A stretch of DNA of 124,000 nucleotides, taken from NCBI RefSeq assembly GCF_000400465.1, contig NW_008806280.1, positions 144,001-268,000 of the forward strand, written 5' to 3'. The DNA comes from Wallemia ichthyophaga EXF-994. Lineage: Eukaryota; Fungi; Basidiomycota. Position numbers and translations under genes: made by a program. The stretch's first letter is position 1, and every line of letters begins with the position of its first letter. Positions 51,930 through 64,933 of the stretch are shown here, piece by piece. The notes under the pieces were generated by a model. That model ran no database searches. It saw nothing but the letters and a program-made list of their open reading frames with translations, and was not told the DNA's origin.

Positions 51930-54900
51930 ATGCGCAGGCTAGGTTTCTTTCTGACAGCTTGCTTGGCTTATGTAAACGCTGATCTACACACGCCGCCCCC
52001 GGTACACGTAGACGTGCAAGCTAGTTGGAGCCAGCCGCCTTACTGCGAGATAGCGATGTGAGCAATGAAGCTGCAGTGCGATGCGTCTAACAAGACGAAG
52101 GGAAGCAGCCTACAGACTACAACCAGGAATGTTTGGCAGGCTATTGGATACCATTGATTGCACAAACACGCCAGAGAAGATATATACCCAAGTAAGAAGT
52201 GAAATCACTAAGTCGAAGCAGTCACTGTTCGATCTTCATATGGCCCTGGAATCAAGCTCACCGGCAATAATAGCCTCCAGAAGCATATTAGAGAGCGAAG
52301 GATTTTCATTTGATCCGGAATGCCCGAATTTTATCAGCTATCAAGGCCGCAAGATATGTGACGTAGACGAGGTTAGTACACTCGACCAACAAGCTTGGCC
52401 TGAATCAACGTGAGTTGCATTCACTGTCAAATTACTCCAACTAAAGGCATCAGCGCGATCGTTGATACCGCGATCGACCATATTCTCTCAGAGCCTTCAT
52501 CTGCAGCCCCGCCAACTATCATCCACTACGCAGACCCAACTGCGCACAATTTCAAAAGTTTCTATGACTTCTTTAAGAAGCGCACGAAAGTCTTGAAGTA
52601 CGTCATACGATGGGCACCCACCAACGCCTCGTCTCAGCCTCAAAAATTGGCGGGATGGGGTGTCAAGTTGGATCTTAAGAAGCGCGAGTATCTCTCACTC
52701 GACGATAGAACTGTTTCAAAGAGGGCTGATGATATCAAGACAAACGTAATATCCAGTGAGGACTACAATTTCCTGCCACGCAAGCTGCAAGAGGCTTTTG
52801 GCCAGTCTCTCGTCAATTTTGAAGGAAATGACAATATCAAGACATTGTCCAGCAACTTAATCGCTCTCTTGCAGCAATCAGACAATCAATTAGAGTTACT
52901 GAACACAATTTCCCAGAATCTCCCTCTGTTAGCCCCTGCTCTTGCTGATGGCGCTTTTGAAGGAGCAGAAAATGTGCTTAACGAGCTTTCATTCAATCAG
53001 GACAAGTACCTCAAAGCCGGACAGAATGCTATCTGGCTGAACGGACGTAGGATGTATGATAAAGACCTTGAGCCATTCACGTAAGTCTGAATCAACAAAG
53101 ACCACAACTCTAATAGTACCAGGCTTTTACGTCAACTGGAATCAGAGAATTTGCTCATTGGCGCTATCACAGATTTGGGTTTTTCTAGATCTGATGCGAT
53201 CAAAGTACTCAGTCATCGCGCTCTGTATGCATCTCAAATTATCAGACCAGATTCAGTAGCTGATGGCCTGGTTGATGCTTCAGATAGAATCGAAGAGGGT
53301 GGTGTAATTAGGTGGATGAACGATTTGGAGGATCACAAACAGTACAATGGAAAATTTTGGTCTCCCTATATGCGCAACCTGCTTAATCCTCTTGGAAAAG
53401 TAGCGAGAAACTATCTCAATGGGGTTCTCGTGATTGACTTATCAAACAAACAAGCAATTGAAATGTTATCAACAAACGTGAGAGCGTTCATCGATCGCGG
53501 CATCCCTGTGCGCTGGGGCGTTGTTCCTTACATTAATCCTCTCAATCATGACAGTAAGTCAGTTTGAGGTGCGGATTTGACTCACATACTGTTAGGTTTG
53601 ATGGCTGCAAAGCTGTTTTATGGCTTGATTGATAGCAGAGGAGTTGATACATGCCTAAACTACTTTGCTGAGGCTGTCGCTTACACAGGCACTTTTGCTG
53701 AAAGAGCAGAAGCTGCTTACTCTAATCTTCCAAGTGTGAATGGCACATTGTCTCAAGACGAGTTCGACACGACTGTGAAAAGCAAAGCAGTGAAAAATGA
53801 TTTAAAGAAAGCTCAAAGCTATACCAGACGTCTCGGCGTTAGTCCCGGTGAACATGAAGAGAGTTTTGCTGGTGAAATTTTTATCAACGGCCAACCTGTG
53901 CAGTTTGATGATGTGAGAGGCGCTTAGCATTCTCAAGCTCTACTGATAAGCTCCAGAAAACGATACTTACTCTTCAAGAACATATTACCTCGCAGACTGA
54001 AGCAATCACAAAGGCCGTTCGCAATGCTGAAATCGACGAGCGCAGTGATGTTTCTGTATTCTACTACGACAAGTCATCCACATTGAAACGCCGCAACAAG
54101 TATTTGCAACCCTCAAAAAAAAAAGCACACTATATCCAAACATATCCAAAATTGCTGGATGGTCCGTATGTTACTCCGGAGACACAAGATAGAACGGATG
54201 TAACGATATGGCTTGTTTCTGATTTCAACAAACCAGAAAGCCTTGAACTGATCAAACACGCACTATCAGGCATGATTATAAGTCCAACATTTAGGCTTGG
54301 CTTTGTGCACAATCCATCTGAATGTGAAACTGCTACTGGGACTATAAGTCAAATGTTAAGGATGCTGCCAGACAGAAGCTCGCCATTGGAATTTATCGAT
54401 GCGTTACAGAATCGTGGCGAGATTAGAGAAGATGCCGATGGGATAGTAAATGCTGGCGCTTGGATAAGCGAGACAGGAATCAACCCAGGTGATTCTGGAC
54501 TCATCGTAAATGGTCGCGTCATCGGTCCTATACCACCTAATGGCCTTGTCGAAGAAGATTATGTGTACTTATTCCAACGTGATTATGCGGAACGAGTGCT
54601 GCCGGTTGTCAAAGCCTTAGATGAGACATGCCCGCACCTACTCCAGGATGATCCAGACACTGTCGCTACTCTGCTGTCTAGGCTTGGCTCACTACTATGG
54701 AAAACCAATCAAAATGAGCAGCCAGAAGGAATTTACGAGCCTCCTTATACACCTAGAGCGCGCGTTTGGAATCGATTGCATACTAAATACACGTCTATAC
54801 AAGTAGGCAAAGAGCTGTCGTCCCAGTATTCGTTTGATGTGGTTTTGGATCCAATGAGCGAGCAAGGCCAAAAGCTGACAAAGATATTGATCGCTTTAGC

Positions 54901-56706
54901 TGAAACTGGAGATGCGCATATAAGAATAGCGTTCAATCCAGACATCAGCATTGAAAATCTTCCCACCAATCGCTTCTACAGATTTGCCATGAATTCAAAG
55001 CCGCACTTTAATCAATATGGCCAGAGCATAAATCAAGCCGTTCAATTCGTACAGATGCCAGCTGATGCATTGTTCACACTGGAACTCGACCCTCCACAAT
55101 CCTGGATCGCTAGACCTGTGTATGCACCAGTAGATCTAGACAATCTCAATCTTGTTACAGCGCCGTACAAAGACCTGAATGTAATCTTTCAGCTGGACAA
55201 GATAGTTGTTGATGGGCATGCCAGAGACTCAAAGACAAGTTTGCCTCCGAGGGGCCTTCAGGTTGCTTTGAAACACGGCCAAATTGATACACAAATAGTT
55301 GCAAATCTTGGTTATCTGCAACTAGCAGTGACGCCCGGTCAGTGGTCTCTCGAAATCAGAGAAGGTTATGGCAGGCAAGTATACGAAATCGAGAGTTTAG
55401 GAAGCCTAGGTTGGAATAGCCCCACAGTCGATGAAGGCTTCGAGACATTCATGTTGGATAGCTTTGAAGGCGTCAAGCTTTACCCAAGGTTTAAGAAAAA
55501 GCCAGGTATGGAGGGAGTTGACGTGCTTTCCGAGCAGCGCGAGACAGGTTTGGTACCTTATGCGAAGGCAGCTATTTCAACGTGAGTTTTTACGAATTTT
55601 GAAGCTTTTTCTTAGACGGTGACAGACTTAAATCGTTCTTGGGCTTCACATATGAGTCTGATCATGCGGATATCAATATTTTTACTGTAGCTTCCGGTCT
55701 GCTGTACGAGGTGAGCTCAGAAATTAGATGACCAAACGATTCTTACACAAACAGCGATTTGCTTCTATCATGATACTTTCGGTGCTAAAGCACACGAATC
55801 ATTCCGTCAAGTTTTGGTTCATCGAGAACTTTTTGTCGCCCTCGTTCATAGAGTTTTTACCACACCTGGCTAAGGAGTATGGCTTCAAGTATGAGCTTGT
55901 TACTTACAAATGGCCGAGCTGGCTACGTCCACAAAAGGAAAGACAAAGAATGTTGTGGGCATACAAAATTCTCTTCCTCGACGTCCTCTTTCCAATGAGT
56001 CTCGACAAGGTGATTTTTGTAGATGCTGATAACATAGTAAGAACAGATCTCAAACAGCTAATCGATGTAGACTTGCACGGTCGTGCTTATGGCTATCCGC
56101 CGATCGGGATGGATAGGGAGGAGATGGATGGCTACCGTTTTTGGACAGAAGGGTATTGGAAGGACTATTTGCGCGGTCGCAAGTACCATATCAGCGCGTT
56201 GTACGTGGTGGATCTGAAGAGATTCAGACAGATTGCCGCGGGAGATCGTTTAAGGGGGCAATATCAAGGTCTTTCTGCTGACCCTGGCTCACTTGCAAAC
56301 CTGGATCAAGATTTACCCAACAATTTCCAAACAGAAGTGCCTATCTGGACGCTTGACGGGTCTTGGCTGTGGTGTGAAACTTGGAACTCAGAGGAGAGCA
56401 TAACACAGGCAAAGACGATTGATCTTTGCAACAACCCAAAGACAGTGAGTGTCTCATCCGCTATATTCAAATATTCACAACGCACAGAAAGAACCCAAGC
56501 TAGAAAGAGCGCGCAAGATTCCCGAATGGACAGAATATGATGATGATATCCGACAATTTAGTGACAAGCTCGCAAAAGAAAAGCTAATTAAGTCATTGCT
56601 CGTTACAGAAACTGAAGAGCTGGCGCAAGGCCCGAAGGCAGCAGCAGAGGAAGCGCCGACAGCACCAGATTATTTCAAAGATAACCACAGAAAAGACGAA
56701 TTGTAG
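51930..56706 (+). CDS. UDP-glucose:glycoprotein glucosyltransferase
   Basis: Signal peptide, thioredoxin-like repeats, GT24 ([27 protein letters not shown]), KDEL end. Confidence 0.95.
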
Positions 56707-56906
56707 ATAAAAATTAATTTGAAGCCGATCAGTTGACGCCATGTGCGTATACGCAGCAAGATCCTTATCGTGAGGTTGTGGGTGGTAGAGGAAATAAGCG
56801 AATCAAGGCAGCTACCAGCGTTGGAGTACTGTATGATACTCCAAGTGACTGCTGGCTGACTGCTGGGGATTGCCTCTCTCACCTCAACCACCATCACTTG
56901 CGACTG

Positions 56907-59900
56907 ATGAGTGCAATCGTGGTCCTTCCCAACGGCTCCACGCTTGATGTGTTACATACCAGCGCATCAGACGCCCTGCACGAGCTGTCGACTGTCCAAA
57001 TTTCGCTGACTTGGATACATGTAATTAGGAAGTACTGGCTCCTCGGAAAGCTGCGAGATGCCGAGACTATTTGCACTAGGGCTGCTGAATGTGAGTCCGC
57101 TGTCTTGGACCACCTGTTTCTCACAGCTCGCAGTATTCCAGCGCGACGCTCTTAGTATCTCCAAGCTGTCGACTCTCAAGGGAAATCTCTATTTGGACAT
57201 TGCAAGGGAATCCCCAAAGATTTTGCTATCAAATCCCAGTGAGGATGTCCACGCCGGTGACACCAAATGCCGCAAGGATTACATGCTCGCTGCCGCCGCT
57301 CAATTTGTTAGTGCCGATAAGTCGCTCCAAAGCATCGGTGAAGTCTCTCAGATCAATTCACCACTCTATCTGGGCAAGGCGTCCTTGCAATTGGCGCAGG
57401 GAAACCTTGATGAAGCCTTTAAAACGTTTAACGCCATTCTCAAGAACCATACTCGCAATGTCTTTGCTTTGATGGGCAAAGCAAGAATATTGCACGTCAA
57501 GCGTCATTACGCTGAGGCTTTGCGCGTCTATCAGGATATTCTTAGGATATCTCCTCGCGTAAAACCAGATCCAAGGATCGGCATTGGTTTATGCTTTTGG
57601 CAACTCAAATGCCCCCTTGAAGCAAAGGCTGCATGGGAAAGAAGCGCTGCTCTTGTGAGTCTATTCACACCCTTCTCAACGTCGCTTATTTGATTTAGAA
57701 CCCCAATTTGTACGCTCCACAGCTTCTGTTGGGTCTTCTGAACATCAACGACGCTAAAAAGCCTGATGAGCAAGATCACTACCGTGTTAAGGCGTACAAC
57801 AGGGGTATCAGATACGTACATACTGCATATAAACTCAACGAAAAAAACTCCAACGCCGCAAATGTTCTATCGTACTACTTCTTGGGTAAACGGAAGCTTC
57901 CAGTGGCAATAAAGTATGCTGAACGCGCAATTCAATATGCTGATGCTATACCCGTTCTTGTCGATGCTTACAACAATTTAGCACGCGTACACCACCTTAG
58001 CGGAAATACTGATGAAGCTCTTCGCTGCTACAAAGTCGCATTGGAGCGCTCTCCAAATAATATTGTGGCGCAGCTTGGTCGAGGACAGCTGCTTCTGAAC
58101 GATGAATCATTAACGCAGGCTGTTCACCATTTTGATAAGCTGGTTCAATCTCAGAGTCAAAAAGGATTGGCAAATCCAGAGGCTTTGTTAGTTCTCGCAA
58201 CTTTGCGCTCAAAAGTTTTGCCTGGTATATCTACGAATGAGCTACAAAAGAACAAAGAATCCGCTCGCGAGTTGTTCGATAAGTTTTTGAAAACGGTGTC
58301 GAAAGCATCCTCACCACATGAAACAGTCAGAGGTCTCGGTAACGAAGCTGAAACTTACGTTGAACTGGCTAGGCTTTGGGAGAAAGACAATATAAAGAAA
58401 TCCAGTGAGGCTTACGAGCGGGCATGTAATGTACGAAAAGAGCAAAATCTTTCTATGCCGATCGAGCTTTTGAACAATGTTGCAGTGCTTACAGCAAAGA
58501 TTGGCAATGTGGATAATGCAGTATCTTACCTCCAAGAGGCAGTTACTCGACTTGATAATGGTGAATCTAATACAAGAGACTTTTGCATTAGGAATATAGA
58601 TATCAAGCAACATATTTGTACTATGAAATACAACTTGGCGCGGATTCTTGAAGACGGAAAAGATGTTCAACATGCCAAGAAACTTTACATGCAAGTCCTC
58701 GAAATTCATCCAGAGTACTTTGAATGTAAAGTGCGACTCGCTTCACTTTATATGGATGAAAACATGCCAGATGAAGCTCACACATTACTCAAGGAGGTGC
58801 TCACAACGTGGAATGACCACAAGAACTTAAGAGCATTCTACACAAACTTCTTGATGCGATATGATATGTCGTCAGCCAAACGGTTCTGCGATGATACACT
58901 GAAGAAGGTCGCACCGAATGATATCTATGCACTTTGCGTGTCGGGCTGGGTTACTTATGTAAAATCAAGGGATATGCGCCCAAAAGTTGGAACCTCAGAA
59001 GTGAAAGACCGGGAAAGACAGTTCAGAGAGGCTATAATTTACTGGGAGAAGGCTTTGAGGTATGATCCAAAATGTGTTTATGCCGCTCAAGGACTTGCTA
59101 TCGCTATAGCAGAGAACGTTGTTCCAGATCCATCACGTCGAGATGGTCAAGAGCCAAGTGAAGAAGAAAATACTAAGGCCAGACGCGATGCGCTTGGAGT
59201 ATTTGCCAAAATAAGAGACTGTCTGGATGAGGCATCAGTTTATATCAACATGGGACATTGCTTCTACGCTCAGGATGAATTTGATAAGGCGGTTGAAGTC
59301 TACGAGCACAGCTTAGCTAGACATGAGGAGGTATCGTCGCTGTTACATGCTTGCAGGGCTAATTACAGCAAGGGAGTCCAAAAGTCGGATTTCAAATTTC
59401 TCGAGAAGGCACTGGCTTATGCTCAAACTGCAACAAAGAAGTCACCTAAGGACAAGTCTGTCAAGTACAATATAGCTATGATTGAGCAGAAAATGCTACA
59501 AGTAGTGCTGGATACACCAATCGAGAAGAGGGCTCTTAGGGATTTGGAGAGAGCTATAGAATTATCACCAGAATCACAGGAGTTATTCGGTCAGTTAGCT
59601 GCTGAGGAACCTGCAACAGTGCCATTTAGCATAGACCTTGCCGAGCAGCGTCAGGCGTTTGGTGAGGGACTCGCCGTGCGTGGGCCTGGTGAAATCGAAA
59701 AGCAGCAGGCGTATGAGGCAGAGAAGGTGGAGAAGAGTGAAAAGTACAAACTGGAGAAGGAGGCAGCTCAACAGAAAGCGAAGGAAGATGAGGCACACAG
59801 ATTAGATATGATCAAAAAGCGCAGCGAGGAGTTGGCGGAGAAACGCAAGCAGGCGCAAGAGGACATAAAGAATTTACGAGAAACACTTAAGGCAGAAGAA

Positions 59901-60340
59901 GAAGCCGAGGAGAGGAGTAAGAGCGAGAAGAAAAACAAGACCAAGAGGAAAGGCTCTGAGGATGGCCAAAGTGGTGATGAAGAAGCGCCAAAGAAACCTA
60001 AGCGCAAGACGAACAAGAAGAAGAAGCTTCGCAAGAAAGCGGGGTCAGACGGCGAAGAGAATGGAGCTGCACAGGACGAGAATGGCGCTAAGCAGGAGAA
60101 TAGCGCTAAACAGGAGAATCAATCAGCGTCTGAGGGCGAAGATGGGAACGATGGAGAGGAGAATGAGAAAGCAAAGCCATCCAAGCCAATGAGCCGGAAA
60201 AGACCGAGCTCAGTTTCAGAAGATGCTGAGAGGAAGAAAGCTAAAACGTCGTGAGTGCTAACTGATAACAGCGGAGACACAATTGACAGAAATACAGGCA
60301 GCTTTCCAAAGAGGTAATCTCAGATTCTGGAGAAGAATAA
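56907..60340 (+). CDS. CTR9: PAF1 complex TPR subunit Ctr9
   Basis: TPR array, PDPRIGIGLCFW, YAAQGLAIAIAE, charged tail. Confidence 0.92.
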
Positions 60341-60397
60341 TTTTGTAAAGTTAAATATTTTATCTAACGCTTGACTTGACTTTGTGTAGATACGCTG

Positions 60398-61923
60398 ATG
60401 ACAACTGAATACGCGGGATCGTCAAACGAGGCAGTGGAAATTAGATTGCGTGGGTGCTTAATATGGAATCCTTGCTCTACTAAAATATTGCAGGTAGAAG
60501 CGAGGCTGATGAACGCCAGCTGGAATCCGAGGAAGAGTTGAGGCTGACGCGACCATGGAATCCAACATTCACGTATCCAATATTTGGTACAGAGGAGCAA
60601 ATTTATGGCTATAAGAATCTGAAAGTTACTGTGAGTCAACGCGCACACAGTCTTACACTGGCTTAAACGTCGTCCAGGTTGATATGGCTTCTGGCTCATT
60701 GAAATCTCAACTCAACGTAAATTACGGCGATAAGAAAGAGGATGCTGATAACGTTGTCGACAGTATCAAGGAATATTTACCATTAGGTGGGTTCTTTAGC
60801 CACGGGGAACGTCTTGAGTAACTCGGCGCAGAGGAAGGAGACTTTGAAGAGCTTTTGGACAGAGACGCGCGGGAATTCAAACCTTGCGGTGATCTTATTA
60901 AAACATACACACGCGCGTCCGCAAAATCTCAAGGCAAAGGTAAAGGAAAGAGAAGGAAGGTCGAAACGTCATCAGGATCAGTCGCGGGCGAGGAAGGCGA
61001 TGTTGTGTACGAGATATACAGAGCTAAGTGGGATACTCCCGGCTGGAAAGCTTTTAATAAGCGGATGCAATTCTTTTTGTTGTTGGTAGGTGCTTTTGTC
61101 TCAGATAGAATCAAAGCGTATTGACGTAAAAAGTTTATCGAAGCAGCAAACTATCTCGAAGAAGATGACGACAACTGGGAATTCTTCACTTTGTTCGAGA
61201 AGAGGAGCAGAGATAACGGAGAAAACACATATCACTTCGTTGGATATTCATCTCTTTACTCCTTCTATCACTTCCCTACTGGTCGTAGGCAACGTTTATC
61301 GTATGTTCTTCTTGTTTGATTGAGCATCATTTCTCATTCGCATTCGCTGCAGACAATTCTTCATCTTGCCTCCATATCAAAGACAAAGCCATGCATCTGA
61401 ACTGTATAACGCTATTCGCAGTGATGTGCTGTCTAGACAGGAGATTATTGAATTAGGTGTGGAGGATCCTTCAGAGTCATTTGACGTCCTTCGTGACGTG
61501 AATGATCTTCGTTGGTTGAGCGATGAGCACCTTCTAGACAATAAAACGGCTGCAGACATGAACAGGAATTGGATAGAACAAGAAAGACAAAAGCTTAAAG
61601 TGCCCAAGCGCCAGTTTCTGCGTTTGATCGAGATGCTTCTGCTTCACAAGCTGGATCCAAAGAATCAAGAGCAGTCCAAGAGGTTCAGACTTTTGGTGAG
61701 CTTTAAGTTAACTTGTTCAAAACATTTTAACAGACTCAATAGGTTAAAGATCGTCTTTACAGGTTCAACTACGTAGGTAACTCAGAAAATAGTCAATATA
61801 TCTCACAGTATACAGGAACAATTAATTGGTTTGACGCCAGAAGAGAGGAAAGCTGCTTTACAGCTGACTTATGAAGGTGTTGTTGACAACTACCGTGATG
61901 TACTTCTCAAAAGTCATATCTGA
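60398..61923 (+). CDS. HAT1: Histone acetyltransferase Hat1
   Basis: FTYPIFG.EEQIYGY, QFFILPPYQRQ.H, LGVEDPSESFD. Confidence 0.9.
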
Positions 61924-61998
61924 TGGTTGTGAGAACGAATTACATCTTGCTATACATTACATGAGAAAAGAAATGCAACCGAATTCTAAGAAATTTCC

Positions 61999-63462
61999 TT
62001 ATGTCGCAAAATCCTCACTGGCACTTTCATAATCCGACACATTTGCCTCGTGGACTTCACTGGCAGGTTTGCTATTGGCTGCGTTGGCTGCTACTGAAGC
62101 GTCCAAGGAACGATCAGAACTGAAGTCGAATTTCTTGAAGTCTTGAGAATCTTGAGAGACAATAGAGCCATTCTGCGCATCGGAATTTTCTTGAGCTCTT
62201 TCAGAAGCGTTTTGACCCAGCTTGCTAAATCTAGACATGGCCGTAACTGCTCTAATAGCGCTTCTCCATCTAAGATACCAGTCAGACGAGCTTTGGATCA
62301 CAAAGATCTGCATACTTCTCGCGACTGTTGAATGCATCCCGCAAACCTTCACTCACATCGTGTTCAGAGAGATTTTGATCTTTGAACCACTGGAAATGTT
62401 AGATGGATCAGGAAGGAAGGAATGTAAATACCTGGTGGTTGAGCGCTTGCTCAGCTGTGAGTCTTTTGGATGGGTCGGGTTGCAACAGAGCTTTAACAAA
62501 GTCCTTTGCTGGAGTGGAGTTAGAGTGCACGGAGATGAGGTTGTGACTCACCATGATCGCTGACTTTAGACCAGTATCTTTCGTGGAACTCAATCTTTCC
62601 TCTGTTAGTTTCTTTAATCAACTCACTCAGTTCTTCAGAACGGAAGGGAGAGTAACCACATAATAAGACATAAGTGACGACACCGATGGCCCAGAGGTCA
62701 ACAGGCTTACTGTGAGCATCGTTGTTGAGTATCTCTGGAGCAGCATAACCGACAGAGCCAGCAAGTGAGGTAATTTGAGCGTTATGACTGTCTAAACGCT
62801 GAGAAATACCAAAATCGGCAATAACAACGCCAGAGCCAGCATCTTTACTTTTGTAGAGAATATTTTCAGGTTTTATATCGCGATGCACGACATTATTTGA
62901 GTGCATATATGCAGTAGCATCGACAATAGACATGATAACGGTCGCAGCGTTTTTCTCCTGGGATGGAGAGTTAGGGGAATTGAAAGACAAGTCAAATAAA
63001 GCAATACTCACGGTAAACCTTCCCTTACGAGCGATTCTATCAAATAGCTCACCGCCAGTGGCAAGTTGGAAACTGAGGTACCAAGTGTCTCTCGATTCAT
63101 ACCACTCGTAGAAAGAAACGATATTGGGATGATTAAGATGTTTGAGTAGATTAGTCTCATCAAATATGGCACTCTCATTCCCCTGAGCCTTTTTCTTGGA
63201 AATCACTTTAACGGCAACGTCCTGCTTTCCATCTGGATGGTTATCCCACTCGGCTCGTACGACCTATAACGATTAGATAGACAGATATAAAAACACCAGC
63301 CCCACCTTTCCAAATGCACCTTCTCCTAACTGTGCGTGTGTGTGTCTGTGTAAGCTGTGTTTCGGTGGCAGCGTATTTCCTCACAACTTCACCAAAATTG
63401 TAGCTCTTCTTCTTGTAATAAGATTCTGGTTGTGGCAGCAATGTGTCCCTTAAAAAACCCAT
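61999..63462 (-). CDS. Ca2+/calmodulin-dependent protein kinase (Cmk type)
   Basis: LGEGAFG, LATGGELFDRI, HRDIKPEN, ADFG, GYAAPE. Confidence 0.92.
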
Positions 63463-63530
63463 AAATCCAAGACCGTGATAAGCGTGATGGCCGTGTGTGT
63501 TGAACCTTGGCTGCGCTACATCATCATCTT

Positions 63531-64736
63531 ATGAGCAGCGACAGCGACAATAGCGCAAACGATTTTGTTGGGAAACGTAAATCACCACCAGTGGATTCTC
63601 AGGAAATCCAAAACTCAGCAAAACGCCCAAACGATTCTGTTGGGAAGCGTAAATCACCACCCGTGGATTCTCAGGAAATCCAAAACTCAGCAAAACGCCC
63701 AAGAGTAGAACCTATGGATACCATTAAGATGGAGAAGAACATGTTTGGTCTTGATCCGAGCGATGAATTCATTAAAGAGATTTCCGATTGGATTTGGTTA
63801 AAGACCAAGAATTGCAAGCATAAAGTTGAGGTTGGTGGGCTTAGAATCACGTAGATATAGCTGAGACGGCTTGATTAGGTGGAGGCCAAAGTTGGACGAT
63901 TTTTAGATCAAAGTGCGCAGAGAGCAGGATTGCCTGTCGCAGTAGAGACCATTCTCTCTAATACAGACGGTTTAAAGTTTGAGTCGAATATGACAGAGGT
64001 GTGTTTATCTCACATGCTATATTCCATTCAATTGCACTCCTCACACAGAATCAGGCTCAACATAAGCATTACAATGGAATTCTCAATAAACGCGCATCGC
64101 AACTAAATCAAAACTTGCGTAGTAAAATAGACTGTGTCCACAATAAAGAGATAGACTCATTTCATTCGTCCGGTCGTGGCTCAGGTAAGGTTCGTGTAAC
64201 TAGAGATCAGGGCAAGACGGATATCAAAGAAATGATTGAAAAGGTGCGCGTAGCAGATTTGGCTATTTACTCACCCAAGAGGCTCTTCGATTGGAGGTTA
64301 AGCATAAACATGGAAGTGCCGCGTATGTTTAACCTAATTAATCCTCTGAGGAAGCCATGACACCATGTTTAGATAACGACCTGCCGAAACAAGACCCTTA
64401 TTATCAACGGAAAAAAGATAGAATGAGCTACACACAGCAGGAGATGCAAGTCGACCTAACGCAAGTATTTGCGAGGCCCGGTGAAGTGAGTCGGAGTTGT
64501 TTGTACAATGCTCTCGCTGACGCTGATTACAGCCACCGACGCACGAGCTCGAGCTTGAGATACGTAGGCCTAAATTTCTCATGGAAGAAGGCAAAAAACG
64601 CGAGCGAGGATTACCAAACATGTGTAAGCTCTATCGCACGCGTTTGTAATGACGTAAACTAAGAAAAATCCAAGACGACGAGTTAATCAAAGTATTTGTG
64701 AGCAACATAAGGATGCTTGTTAGGAATGGGATTTGA
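63531..64736 (+). CDS. CET1: mRNA 5'-triphosphatase Cet1/Ctl1 (CYTH-like)
   Basis: VEVEAKVG, KVRVTRD, FDWRLSINME, RKKDRMSY, VDLTQV, HELELE. Confidence 0.85.
63557..63700 (+). repeat. Tandem 72 bp x2 coding duplication
   Basis: ND(F/S)VGKRKSPPVDSQEIQNSAKRP twice, few substitutions. Confidence 0.95.
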
Positions 64737-64933
64737 ATTTATCTTGATGTAGCAAATATATTTTCTAACTCACGTAAAAAATTCACATTATTAAGTTGAG
64801 AACGCGTCTCAAAACCATCTTCATCATTATCAATCAACGGCATTTATCCAAGATAAAATAAATGTGAGTGAATTGATATATTCACGCGTATAATTACTCA
64901 CAGTATCTTACCAGCTAATTTCATATCGCCACG

